This document shows, one piece after another, positions 11,972-24,901 of a stretch of DNA of 64,000 nucleotides. The stretch covers positions 63,240,001-63,304,000 of the forward strand of contig OX597814.1 of the NCBI GenBank assembly GCA_951406725.2, in the 5' to 3' direction. Position numbers and translations under genes: made by a program. The notes beneath the pieces were generated by a model that worked only from the letters and a program-made list of their open reading frames with translations, had not been told where the DNA came from and did no database searches. Source of the DNA: Octopus vulgaris (lineage: Eukaryota). The number at the start of each line of letters is the position of its first letter. The first letter of the stretch is position 1.

Positions 11972-12851
11972 CAGAGTACGATGAATATATTGGGGACTAA
12001 ATTACGCAAAATTGAAAATAAGTCTTACATCTCATTTTAACAAAACTATTTACCAAAATTATATAAAATTATCTTGAAATACGAAGGAGTCAATTTATTC
12101 AATGAAATCGCCATTGTCTTCAACCACGGCCTCCATACGACTTCGGAATCTTCTGCAACTCTTGTGGACGGTCTGCTTTTATTAAGTTGGTGAATGCTGC
12201 CATAATCCTTGCCTTCAATTCTTCTTTTGTGTTACAAGTCGTTTTGTAACACCTGCGCCCCACACATAACTATCAAGCGAGTTGCAGTTAGGGGAGTTAG
12301 GTGGCTAGATGTTAGAGGCGATGTGGTCAAAGAAATTTTCCAACAGCCTTGACAGGGTTCTTCTGCATGTGTGGCATGGTGCAGTGTCCTACTGCGAGAC
12401 ATAGGCTCTTCCAGCAGTAACCTTCTTGACCAAAAGCAGTTCTTCCTCCTGCAGGCACTTGATATAGGCGTCCATGTTGAGTCCGAGGCTGCGTGGGAAC
12501 ATGAATGGAGGCATAAAGTCGCCGTCAATAGTAGTCACTCCAAATACCGTGATGTTCTGTGGATGTTTGATTTTTATCACTCTCAGTACATGTTTTGGGT
12601 ACAAGGCGAGACAACGGTTGTTTTGTGTGTTCACCATCTGTTCGTATTACAGCTTCCGGCGTGAATGCCAAGCAGCACATCATTTCATTTCCAAATTTCT
12701 GACAGAATGAATTGCATCATAGTGCTGTTTTTCTTACAGACGGTGCCCAACTGACCCTATTATACTGTGTGGTCGACAATATCAAAATCCAGCGATGCGC
12801 ATGCGCGAAGTTAAAAATGTAAAATTGTGACAATTCAGACATCGCAGCCTC
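11972..12851 (-). mobile_element. Internally deleted maT (DD37D)-like Tc1/mariner element
   Basis: NTQNNRCLA..KHPQNITVFGVTTIDGDFMPPFMFP..LNMDAYIKCL; PPNSPNCNSLD; TA flanks; homologous to 2224-2991 in opposite orientation. Confidence 0.85.
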
Positions 12852-13589
12852 TACGTATGTGTGTGTGTGTATATACATATATATATATATTTATATAAAG
12901 GAATACAAAAAATGTGACAAGAACGCAAAACATCCAGACAGATGATACAAAAAGAAAAAAGAAAAAAGAAGGATGGGTCATTCGGAGTTTTCTTTCCTCA
13001 TTTAAGTTCCAGATTATCTTTATATATATGTGTATATATATACGTAAATACACACACATATATCTTGATCTCGAACATACATGTGTTTGTTTCCAAAGTT
13101 ACTTTTATACTTTTTACATCTTTCCAACTGCGCTAAAAAGTTGTGTTACTCTCTCTCGTTCCTCTCTCTCCCCACCCTCTCTCTCTCTCTCTTCCTTATC
13201 TGATGCTGATACCGGTGTTGGTAGATGGATCTCATTATGATATATGATTTTTTTGTTTTATTGCTATTTTCATGATTTTTTTATCCCTTCCATGCTTGAC
13301 TGAAATTCTAATATTCTTGTTTGTTTTCAAAGCGATCTTTCTCATATTAATCAACCAGATTATCTCTTTTAGTGTCTGTCAATTTATAATATTCAATTTT
13401 TTTTTGTCTTTTCGACTGACACTACATCTTCTCACAATCATCGGATCAATTGTTTCCTTTACTGCTATCTTCCAAACTATCATCCTTCCAAATCAGTGAG
13501 TGGTACTCCTACGCATTCACTTCTTTTTGAAGTTCTCCACCAACTCTCTGTCTGTCTCTCTCAAAAGCTCCATTGTAATCTATATGTAT

Positions 13590-13755
13590 ATACTGGTTTA
13601 AAATTTTGGCACAAGGCCAGCAATTTAGGGGGGGGGGTCAATCAGTTATATCTACCTCAGTACCTTGTATTTCGAATACGAACATATGAAAAGCAAAATC
13701 GACCCCAGCGGAATTTGAACAGAGAACGTAAAGATTACGAAGTGCCGCAAAGCAA
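13590..13755 (-). mobile_element. Decayed Nin-domain-like SINE
   Basis: Partial similarity to 13960-14176 (CGACCCCAGCGGAATTTGAAC). Confidence 0.5.
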
Positions 13756-13959
13756 AGTGATTGGGACCCAGGTTTTAAAGTGACAAATAGAAATGTCGTA
13801 AGAAACTTTGTACGGCTTTATACAGATTCTGACATACAACACTGTGGTAATAACAACGGGATTTGACCCTCTATTTTGTAGAAACGTATAATTTATGAGA
13901 TTGGTTTCAATATCTAATTGGTACTTATCAAGGCTATGATTCTAATAACGTAGTTAATA

Positions 13960-14176
13960 ATCATTTCTACTATAGGCACAAGGTCTGAAATTTTGTGGGT
14001 ATAGGCTAGTCGAATTCATCGCTCCCAGTGCTCAACTGATACTTATTTCATCGAACCCGAAAGGATGAAAGGAAAAGTTGACCTTGGCGGTGTTTGAACT
14101 CAGAACGTAAAGACGGCTGAAATGCTGCTAAGAATTTAGCCCGGCATGGAAACGATTCTACCATCTCGCCGCCTTA
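13960..14176 (-). mobile_element. Nin-domain-like SINE family B, near full length
   Basis: Minus strand AAGGCGGCGAGATGGTAGAATCGTT...GAGTTCAAACACCGCC...CTTTCATCCTTTCGGGTTCGATGAAATAAGTATCAG. Confidence 0.75.
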
Positions 14177-14297
14177 ATAACGAAATTAGTAATAGTAACA
14201 ACAATCAAAATCGTCATATTTCGCTACAATTTTTGCTGAGTAATATTTATACACAAAAGGATTATAAAAAGGAAAAAAAAACATATGCAAGTAATTT

Positions 14298-14480
14298 CCT
14301 TTCTACTATGCGTAAAAAAGTCTGTGATTTTGAGGGGATGGGTTAGTCGATTACATTAATACCAGTGCTTATCTGGCCTATATTTATCGATCCTGAAAGG
14401 ATGATTGGCAAAGTCGACCCCGGCACAGAATGTCACTAAACATTTTCATCCGGCTTGCTAACAACTGCCTGCTCGCCGCA
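14298..14480 (-). mobile_element. Nin-domain-like SINE, decayed
   Basis: ATCGATCCTGAAAGGATGATTGGCAAAGTCGACC matches the family B core. Confidence 0.6.
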
Positions 14481-15030
14481 TTTTTGTACAGAAAAATTAT
14501 TAACAATAATTATATTGCTATTCAGCTTATTAAGAATGTATGTGTCACTTCTAATTGGCTTTGCTTTTCATACGAAAATTAGAAAAAAACCCCACTGAAT
14601 TATATTTTAATAGGATTATTTCAATAATCCCTTTTGCGATTTTACATTTTTCGTTATATCACACTTAAATTTTGATTTATCAAGATATCATTCGATACAT
14701 TGCCTTATTTGATATTTGCTTTCTATCTCCTCACTTTTTTCTTTGTTTGGCATTTACTGTGTATTTTTATTGATTTATATATCAATCTGTCTATCTTTCT
14801 ATGTATCTATATCAGGTTATCTATGTACGCATCTAGCTATCGATCAATCCATTAATTAATTAAATATTCAGTCAATAAATCACTCACTCAATCATTTAAT
14901 CAATCGATCCTCCTTCTTTTCTTTCTTTATTCACCTGTTTATCTGACTGTCTCTGTCTCTGTCAAATAATCTGAGTCAGCGTGAAGAGAAAAGGTGAAAC
15001 GTTACAACAACAATGATAGGGAGTATTGTA

Positions 15031-16298
15031 TAGGGTTAGCAAGAACATAATTTCGTTTTTTTAGTGTGAAATAAAAGTCATTTTGTTTCATTCAAAGAAT
15101 GAACTTCGATCAATTATATATTTTCCGTTTTGTTCGATGACCTTTTGCTATCTTTCGGGCAACTCCATGATTACCCGTTCAAAGAACTTCTGGTCCTTAT
15201 CAGCCAAAAACTGAAGCATGTGCGATTTCAGGTTTTGATTATTATTGAAAGTTTTACCATTCAAAGAATTTTGCAAACTTCGAAATAAATGGTAATCTGA
15301 TGGTGCAAGGTCAGGGCTATATGGTGGATGAGACATCACTTCCCAGTCAAGCTCCAATAAATTTTGTGACTTAGAAAAGACTTGTGTGGTCTAGCGTTGT
15401 CATGGTGGAACACGATTTGTTTACGATTTGCCAATTCTGGCCGTTTTGCGTTGATTGCTTCCTCCAGTTTCATCAGTTGTTGACAGTAAACATCTGGATT
15501 GACCGTTTTGTTTTGTTCCTTGGAAGCAGTTCAAAATACACAACACCTTTGTAATCCCACCTACTTGACAGCATGACCTTTTTTGATGCAATTCAGCTTT
15601 CTATGTGTTTAAGCTGGTTCATTACGCTTGGAGCATGATCGTTTTCGATTGAAGTTTTTGTAGACAACCTATTTTGCATCTATGTTTCAAAACAAGGTCG
15701 ATTCCATTGCGTGTGAGACGCATATCGCAAATATTGATTCATTGAGTTAAGTGAATCTTTTTTATCTATGTGGAACCCAGATATCAACATTCTTAACGAG
15801 TCCAAGTCATTTTAAGTGATTTTCAATTGTTTTGTGTGATACATTTGACCTCTGTGCAATCTCTCACACAGTAATATGACAGATTTGATTATGATTTTCA
15901 TTCGGTCATCGTTGTTTTCAGTAGGTCGACCAGAACGTTGGTCATCTTTGAGTGAAAAATCTCCAGAATGGAATTTTTAAAACCATTTCTGACATGTGCG
16001 TTCTGTTAAGCAGCCAAAACCATGAATTTTCCATATCTCTTTTTGAGCCTCTGCAGCTTTCTTGCCTTCACAGAAATAAAAAGCAAAATATGGCAAAGAT
16101 GTTCGTTTTTGCACTCCATGTTAAAATTGACACTGAACTAACAGCTGTAAACAAAATTACACACAATTTGCTTCTAAAGTAAGCTAAAAGTAACAGCTAT
16201 CAAATGTCAAAAGGAAGAAATCATAACATTGACAAAAGTCATTCCAAAAAATCGTAACTTCACTTGCGAAAAACGAAATCACTTTCTTGCCAACCCAA
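15031..16298 (-). mobile_element. Old full-length mariner transposon (second subfamily)
   Basis: TIRs TAGGGTTAGCAAGAACATAATTTCGTTTTT / AAAAACGAAATCACTTTCTTGCCAACCCAA, TA flanks; transposase remnants MECKNEHLCHILLF (from 16119), WVPH, FHHDNARPH, HPPYSPDLAPSDYHLFRSL. Confidence 0.92.
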
Positions 16299-16533
16299 TA
16301 TGTCAACAGTTGTGCTACTAACTTGCATAATTAAGTTCAAATAAATCACGTAGCTACATCAACGTGTTATCTTAAACTTTTTAAGAATGCTCCAAATATT
16401 GCGGATTGAACTCTACATAAAAGGGAATAATGTCCATGTGTAGCTCAGGTAAATAGTAGTACATATGTATATACCTATGTGTGCGTGTATGCATGTGTAT
16501 GTGTTTATGCATACACACACACACACATATATC

Positions 16534-17051
16534 TTACATGGAAAATACGAGCATGAAAAGTAATATTCTTAAGATTATAAACCTGGAAAAGTACAGGATA
16601 AATTATTTCACCTGTAAAAGTACAGGACAAGCTATTACTTCTAGTAAACTAAAGAATAAGAAACTTTTTACTTAAAATATTACAGCAAAGAATGCCAGTT
16701 CTTCTAATTTATTACTCTTTACAGCTCTCATCTTTTAAATGTATTGTACAAAACTGTTCAGCTAATTTGTAAATTTGTCTAATCAGTCAATTTTTTCTGT
16801 ATTTAAAGTAGTAAATTAGTCAAATTCTACTTAGAGAAGTATAGTGTTATTTGTAAACTATAATAAAATAACTTTTTATATTCAAATTTTAATTTTAGCT
16901 TCAATATTTTAAGTAAAAAGTTTCTTATCCTTTACTTTACTAGAAGTAATAGCTTGTCCTATACTTTTACATGTGTAATAACTTCTCCTGTACTTTTCCA
17001 GGTTTATAATCTTAAGAATATGACTTTTGATGCACGCATTTTTTCATGTAA
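16534..17051. mobile_element. MITE-like fold-back element with ~148-bp imperfect TIRs
   Basis: 16534-16681 is the reverse complement of ~16903-17051 (e.g. TTCTTAAGATTATAAACCTGGAAAAGTACAGGA). Confidence 0.75.
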
Positions 17052-17919
17052 TCCATGATTTTTCCAGGCATTGCCGTTATAATATAATTAATAGTGCATC
17101 AATTAATAATTTAAGATTTTACCTTATAAAATACCAAATGACAATATTTCAATTTTCCCATGTAAATGATGATAATATTTCATTATGTTTTCGTGTTTAA
17201 TTTAAATATAAATTGTTATTGAATTATTTGATATTACCCATCCACACCAAATTAATGGCAGTGATTTTTACCCTGTTGTTGGTTGCATCATGGTTTACCA
17301 AAATTTACAAACAACAAGATCCCAAAACTATCAGTTACCAGGCTTAAGTAACATAATTTTACAATATTAGGAGGTCACAGGAATTCATTCAACGGAAAAA
17401 ACATTCAATGATTCTGGGGTTGGAGGGAAGCCTCCCAACTCATTTTCCGAACCAAACTAAGGAATTTGCAGTATGTTAGGAGGTCAGGGTACTCGAGTCT
17501 ACGCAAAGAATCATTTTTTTTCTTAGAGAAATCATGCGGGTGTCAATACAAAAATTGACCATAATACAGAAATTGACCATAATGTTGTTATTCAACCTCA
17601 AATAAACCCTGTTACTGCAAACGTATCACCAAAGACAATCCAGCCTTCAGCAAACCGTCTTTCTAGGGATAACCTGGGACATTACATACAATGGGTATGT
17701 GATTTAGGTAGGGAGATAATTTGGTTGCTATTTTTAGCGTGTCGAGCGACCAGGTAGAGGCTCTTTCATTGGTTCGATTGCTTGATGAGAATTTGTTTAC
17801 ACATGTATGTGTAATTTTGTCAAAAACGTTAAGAATAAACCTTGTTCTATGTGACACATTCTACCAGTATCGGAAGTTTGAAAGTGTTTAGTTAGAAAAA
17901 TTAATTAAATAATCTGTAA

Positions 17920-18027
17920 GTCAAAGTAGACCTCGACGAGATTTGAACTCAAAAAGCGTAAAGACTGACGAAATATCGTTAAGTAATTTACTCAGCGCGC
18001 AAAGGTTTCTGCCAGCTGGCAGCTTTA
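17920..18027 (-). mobile_element. 5' fragment of SINE family B
   Basis: GACCTCGACGAGATTTGAACTC...TTCTGCCAGCT matches the family B head. Confidence 0.55.
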
Positions 18028-18234
18028 GAAAGTAAGCGTTACTCCCTTACTCTCTTACTGACAAGAAATTTCGTAATATTTTACCTCATAACTCTTCTTG
18101 TACTAAATTTTGTTCAATACCACAAGTGATTCTGAATTTTTCATGCATTTTTCTATCATTCTTTTCTAACATTCTTCAAGGCGGTGCCCCAGCATGGCCG
18201 CAGTCGAATGACTGGAACAAGTATAAGAATAATC

Positions 18235-18283
<49 letters not shown>

Positions 18284-19774
18284 CCTACAAACACACATAC
18301 ATATATACCTACAAACACATATATATCATGCTTTGCTGCGGAGTATATTTACGGTATTTCAATAGTATATCCAGTGATAGCTCAAAACCTATAGATACTC
18401 TCCATCAACTAACATCCAGATTAAAACCGCCATTACCAAATATTTGTAATGACATAAAGCGATCTATACCATTATACAAGATACGTTATACTTGACATTA
18501 ATGTCACCATATAAGCATCAATATATAATGACAATATGGAGTAACTTTATATTAAGGAGTGGAACGTACCATTTCCTGTAATTCAGACCGACTCATAGTC
18601 TTTGGAAACAAATTAGAAAAAGCTTTGTCTGGCGAGGGAGATAGCTGGAAGAGTCACTTTGATACACGAGTTTCACACTTGTGCACAGCCTTCCCCGCCC
18701 AGATAGCGGTGAGTAGGGATATGGTCCGGGGACTGAGAACGCCGGAGATTTCCACTGTCAGAAGCTCGATCGACGCACATAGACATGTGCATAAAGGGAG
18801 AGAGAGGGAGTGGGAGGGAAAGAGAGAGATTGAGAGAGAGAGATTGATACGCACAAGTATATTTCTAAGGCATTCGTCAGTCAGGATTAATCATGTAATT
18901 CGCCTTGGACTGTCCGTCTCAAAGGTGCAGCTCCGGGAATTTTGTTATGGTGGAAGTGTAAGAGTTGTTCTTTCATGTCTGTTACCCTCTCCACGCTAAG
19001 GGGAAGGAGGGCTGGAACATTTTTGTTCAGCTGGTATCGCGTTGATTTTTTCTTCGTAGACCTGAATGAATGAGAAGTAAAATTGGCCCCGTTGGTATTT
19101 GATCTCAGAATACAGAGAAACGGAGGAAATTCTGAAAACCAGCGACTGTTAATGCATCTGTCTCTCCCTCACACACACACACCCACAACCACACACACAT
19201 ACCGAAAACACGCGCATGCTCACACATGTTTGAATGTGTGCATAAGTAACTGTGCGTGCACATAAATATATTAATGTAATAATGTACACAACCCTGTTTT
19301 ATGCATGTTTTTACATAATACATGTCATTAGGCCGTATGAACTATTGTACTGAACGATTACATATTATACTTACGAAATGTGTTTTCTGTTTGAAAAGAT
19401 ACATTAAATTTAGATTAAAGGCAATGAAAAATTTTTCTTCAAGGATCTTATGCATTGGAAAGGAAATATTTATTGCATAATAGTGAAAACATTATTTTCT
19501 ATGGATTTAAAAAAATTTTCTCGATATATAGAGTTTATATTCAAATCTACTTTACAGTTTTATATATGTTATTACATCTCTTACTCGCTTTCTGTCTCTT
19601 TCTTTCTTTCTTTCTTCCATTAATATTTCGACTTATGGCGCCACTTGCTACGCATCAGTGTCTTTGATATTGTTCTATATGCATCCAATTCATTTTTGCG
19701 TTAATCAGTAGTGACATTGTCATTGTGATGACAATAATAGTCATGACCATGACCCTGGTATCTTCATCAAAGTA

Positions 19775-19825
19775 ATGATAATGATGATAATAATCGTCAT
19801 CATCATCGTCACCTCTTCTTCCTCT

Positions 19826-19857
<32 letters not shown>

Positions 19858-19995
19858 TTCTCCTCCTTCTTCTTTTTTCTTATTCTCCTTCTTCTTCTTC
19901 TTCTTCTTCTTCGTCTTCTTCTTCTTCTTCTTCTTCTTCTTCTTCTTCTTCTCCTTCTTCTTCTTCTTCTTCTTCTTCTTCTTCTCCCTTATCTT
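19775..19995. repeat. (TTC)n microsatellite
   Basis: Directly visible. Confidence 0.95.
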
Positions 19996-20124
19996 TTCTT
20001 TCGCTTATACGATCATCACCATCATAATGCATGTGTACTTTTAAGCACAATTCCGAAGAAGCAATTTATGACAGCGATATTTCGTTTATACGTATGAAAG
20101 TATTCATGCATGCATGCACATGTA

Positions 20125-20201
<77 letters not shown>

Positions 20202-20377
20202 AATAATAATAATAGTTATCGCCATACTAATATGGCATTCTTATAAAAATAAGAAAAAAGCTGTCCGCTTATTAGCTCCATGAGGCCATCGCCTTAAGTT
20301 AGCTATTTGATACACAAACTGTATCCATATAACCTTCGAACAAGGGAGGTCAGTCGCTCCACACTACTTGACCGGCA

Positions 20378-20419
20378 GCTACAGATGCGTTTCAGGGTAT
20401 TGCCCCTTTTCAATGCAGC
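20378..20419 (-). ncRNA. Minimal type-I hammerhead ribozyme, copy 1
   Basis: gctgca-TTGAAAA-gggg caata ccct-GAAA-CGCA-TC-tgtagc. Confidence 0.7.
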
Positions 20420-20739
20420 GTAGCCAGCCAGTAGGTGTCGCTTCCGACAATCTCTGTTCGATGGTTTTATTTACCTAGTTTCGCATGAATACATCCACTT
20501 GTTTTCAATAATAGAAATATTAAAATAACTAAGTCTCTCTAAAAGAGAACAGCGGCAGCGTTCCCGGAAAATAATAGTTATCGCCATACTAATATGGCAT
20601 TCTTATAAAAATAAGAAAAATGCTGTCCGCTTATTAGCTCCATGAGGCCATCGCCTTAAGTTAGCTATTTGATACACAAACTGTATCCATATAACCTTCG
20701 AACAAGGGAGGTCAGTCGCTCCACACTACTTGACCGGCA

Positions 20740-20781
20740 GCTACAGACGCGTTTCGGGGTATTGCCCCTTTTCAATGCAGC
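20740..20781 (-). ncRNA. Minimal type-I hammerhead ribozyme, copy 2 (intact, U3:A8 core)
   Basis: gctgca-TTGAAAA-gggg caata cccc-GAAA-CGCG-TC-tgtagc; 6-bp stem I extendable by ggctggc/gccggtc and ctact/agtag; GUC site. Confidence 0.8.
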
Positions 20782-21005
20782 GTAGCCAGCCAGTAGGTGT
20801 CGCTTCCGACAATCTCTGTTCGATGGTTTTATTTACCTAGTTTCGGTGGAATACATCCACTTGTTTTCAATAATAGAAATATTAAAATAACTAAGTCTTT
20901 TTTCTTATTTTTATAAGAATGCCATATTAGTATGGCGATAACTATTATCTTCCGGGAACGCTGCCGCTGTTCTCTTTTAGAGAGACTTAGTTATTTTAAT
21001 ATTTC

Positions 21006-21051
<46 letters not shown>

Positions 21052-21054
<3 letters not shown>

Positions 21055-21250
21055 GCCTCGTCTGTATCACTAGCGATTTTTTCCCCTGTCTTCCCTTCTC
21101 GGGATCTTTCCTTCTCCTATGTTTCCGACGAAGAGCTCCGCTCGAAACATCATACCCTCCTTCTTCCCTTCTTTCCTGAGCGTCCAATAATACTTTATTT
21201 GTTCCACGTCCTTGCGTTGTTGTTTTTTGTTTTTGTTTTCTTGTTTGGAT

Positions 21251-21255
<5 letters not shown>
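21052..21255 (+). mobile_element. Family H1 copy B (HHR motif at 21121-21155)
   Basis: Near-identical to 1094-1280; gttt-CCGACGA-A-GAGC tcc GCTC-GAAA-CA-TC-atac; inside (TA)n. Confidence 0.75.
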
Positions 21256-21317
<62 letters not shown>

Positions 21318-21555
21318 ATAACAAACCTTGGATTTGGAAACATGATTTATTCACGATTAAACATATTTCCCCTGCTAATAGGATTTACAAAGTTGTACAA
21401 TTTGGTTAAACATATTAGAAATTTTCTTCTAGAAATTCTATTCTTCAGACACATGCAAAATCTACATTTGGATGAAACGTTTATATGCTGTTAGTAATCA
21501 GGAGTTTTTTAGATGGGAGAAAGATTAAAGTAAATCCTGTAGAAAAGAAAAGGGA

Positions 21556-21586
<31 letters not shown>

Positions 21587-23039
21587 AATCCATACGCATG
21601 TAGATACACATACACACATGCGTTCACACACATACACACAATATATGCATATATTAGGCACGTGTACTAAATCATACCCATATTCAAATTCAAATGGACA
21701 TAACAAATTTATGGATACATGCACTTAAATACATATGTACATAGAAATATATGTACGTTAGGACAGAGATCTAACATAGGCTAGTCATTGTTGTATGGTG
21801 AAAGGAGCAAGAATCACATATTGTTGCAGAGATTAGCTGTCAGCCGAATGGGACTTTTTCAACGAGACTTGGTGTAAAATAGAGAATGTCACTGGAGAAC
21901 TGACGAGAGACTCACAAGCTATAGATAAACACGATTGTATAGAAAAATTTGAGTTAGGTGTGCATTGCTTTAAAATATTAATTTTGAATGTAGAATAATA
22001 AAACTTATAACAATTAAAAGGATAAATCGGCAATAATATTTTAGATTACAACAGTTTCAAAATTAAACATGAGTCTTCTCTTTTGTTTTGGAATATTGGT
22101 ATTTCAATTTATAGTTCGATAATGTAGAGTTGTATGCACCTAAAATAACAACTTGTTTTGAAAAGGATTTTAAATTTGGTAGCTGTAAAATTCTAATTAG
22201 CGATGTGAAAATTAATGAATTATTGAGCTAAGAAATCTTTACTTATGAAACGCTGCTTAAACATTGCAGTCTAAAAGATCATACCAGCAATTATTAATGT
22301 TACCATGGAAGACTATAATGGGGCTTAAGTTTCTAGATTAACGGAATTGTATATCTCATCACTACGGAGAATATTACGTTATTTAGAGACCGATCTTCCC
22401 CTTGATGATAAATTTTCGATGAATGATTTTCTACAAAATTCATGTAGTGCAGAATGAATTCATCTACATACAAGATTTAATAATCAAAGTAAAATCATTA
22501 AAATATTCTTATATTAAAGTATATACGAATATAAGTAAAAATTTTAGATGTATCTCTAGATTTGGTTATTGCTGAATACAGTGCTTGTATGGTACTTAAC
22601 CAGCAGATTTTAGTATAAACTGCGCTAATAATATTACTAAGTGTTTATCTAACTTATCCTGTGAAGAGGAATTGATTTTCTTTTTCCTAGAGCAACTCAT
22701 TAACACCATAGTGCTTTAAAAGGCAGTGGCGACAAATATACAGTACATCATATTCAAAGCAACATTTATTTTATAAACCTCATATACTAACTGCATATTT
22801 TTCAGTACATATTAAATGTTTCTTCTGATGTTAACAGAATTGCGTGTATCGTTTTAAATAAAGCACTTCACCGCAGGTCGCATCTTTATCATGTATAACT
22901 TTAAGTTAAGCGACCAAAAACTTCAAAATTTCTGATGACAGTATAAGCAAATAAAGGTTAAAGAAAAGTGTGCTTTATATTTATTTGTTTCTTATTAAGA
23001 AGAATGGGAAAATAGACAACAGTATTCAATAATAAGACT

Positions 23040-23252
23040 ATCCAAGCTGTTAGAATCGTTAGAACACCGGACAAAATGCTTAGCGGAAATTTGTCCATCT
23101 TTACGCTCTGAGTTCGAATTTCGCCGAGGTCGACTTGGTCATTCATCTTATCGGGTTCTATAAAATAAATGTCAGCTAGGCGTTGGGGGTCACTTAGATC
23201 GACTTAACCTCCTCCAAAATTGTTGGCCGTGTGGCAAAATTTGAAATCAATA
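23040..23252 (+). mobile_element. Nin-domain-like SINE family B
   Basis: AGAATCGTTAGAACACCGG...GAGTTCGAATTTCGCCGAGGTCGACTTGGTCATTCATC. Confidence 0.7.
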
Positions 23253-24812
23253 TTAAGACTGTTTTTTGTTAAATTTTGTGTTATTAATACAGATTCGGTT
23301 ACTAATCTGCCTTGATAGTTATATTTTGTGGGATAATTCTGTTGATAATTAACGTTTTAATAAAAATTTATTCGTTCAACTTGTATATAAAATATAACAT
23401 TTACCGTCATATAGTTATACGATTTCAAATTTGGAGTTGGTCCCAACATACAACACTGGCTGCATACCGTTTGTTTGTCAGCCCTTACATTTTGTAGATT
23501 CAGTAGAATTTTAATCGCCCTGAACTTGCGATATATTATCAATCGTGCAGTCATGACAGTAATTCCTATCCCCTGTTTAGCAACTTCTATTTTGGCATCA
23601 TATTTACCTGTTTGAAATAGCAGCGAGGAAGAATATATTACGTATCTCAATTAGTCTAGACTGTATACATAGTGCACGCGTTCCATATAGAAACTAAGTA
23701 GCGCCTGTGCATATTTTCATTGATATAACTATGAGTAATATGTATTAGCTGATTGGAGAATGCTGCCAGGAAGCGACTGATATTTTACAAAAATGAATGG
23801 AGTGATCTACGATAACTGAACCCGTAAAATGTTAAATACTGTTTCTTGTAAGTGACAACTTCGGTGCTGCTGAAGCATTTGAAAAAACCGCATTACTTAG
23901 GGCATGACCCAATATTATATAAAATACGAGAAAATTGTGTCTAACACAATGGAATGAGAAAGAGAGAGTAGGAAGAAAATGAAAAATTAATGCTTCTATT
24001 AGTTTCGTTATTGAATTTTTTCAGACAGTTATTTTTAGATAACCCACAAACCATACAAGACTTCAAGTATTATCCTTGGATAAAGCGTGAAGCACCAAAG
24101 TCCATTAAACAATCGTGGCATAAATACAGAACAAGAAGTGAGCTCATGTACACATCAGAAATCCACTGTATTATTAAAAACTTTTTCTCTAATGTTTTTG
24201 TGGGTAAATGTATCAGAAATCCACTGTATTATTAAAAAAATTTTCTCTAATGTTTTCGTGGGTAAATGTATTCATCTTATAATATTTTCATTAATCAATA
24301 CTCATGTTATGAAATGCTACACGTGTAGCAAGTCTTCCAGTCCATAAAGCAGGTTATATTCGTTTGGCAATAGTTATGCTGTAGAAGATTGCTAATATGG
24401 ACATAATTATAATACACACAGTCACTCAGATATGTTGTAACTTACAATGTGGATATATATAGGGACGTATACGTTTGTATGTATGTATAGCATGTATATG
24501 TAAGTGTTTCTATGTACTACCCGTAAAATGATGTTAAACATTCCTTCTTGTCAATGAGGCCTTTGGTACTATACGAACCTTTCTCAATTCCGTATTTCAG
24601 TATTTTAACTTTGCTGTTTATATTAGTCGTTGAATACGTAGTACTCAATACCAAATTAATACCGACAGTTGCTTGTTTATACAGAGCCATATAATTTGTA
24701 AGGTGGTTATTACTCTAAATATTCAAGGCAGGTTACCCAGTTTGATGAATTAAATTGCCAAACAAATATAACCTGCTTTATGGACAGGAAGTATCGTTAC
24801 ATAAGTAGTAAG

Positions 24813-24901
24813 TTACAAAGAATAAGTCCCGAGGTCGATTTGCTCGACTAAAGGCGGTGCTCCAGCATGGCTGCAGTCAAATGACTGAAACAAGTAAAGA
24901 G
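24813..24901 (+). mobile_element. 3' fragment of SINE family A
   Basis: TTACAAAGAATAAGTCCCGAGGTCGATTTGCTCGACTAAAGGCGGTGCTCCAGCATGG. Confidence 0.85.

Larger units (their letters stand above)
20209..21010 (-). mobile_element. Tandem 362-bp pLTR/retrozyme-like repeat (1.9 copies) plus ~113-bp inverted segment
   Basis: 20209-20570 repeated at 20571-20898 with few substitutions; ~20898-21010 is the reverse complement of ~20510-20620; flanked by (TA)n/(TAA)n. Confidence 0.9.

Noticed and set aside
20209-20898. Direct repeats as a CRISPR array or prokaryotic system
   Set aside because: Only two long units without spacers; the window is eukaryotic and has no operons or cas genes
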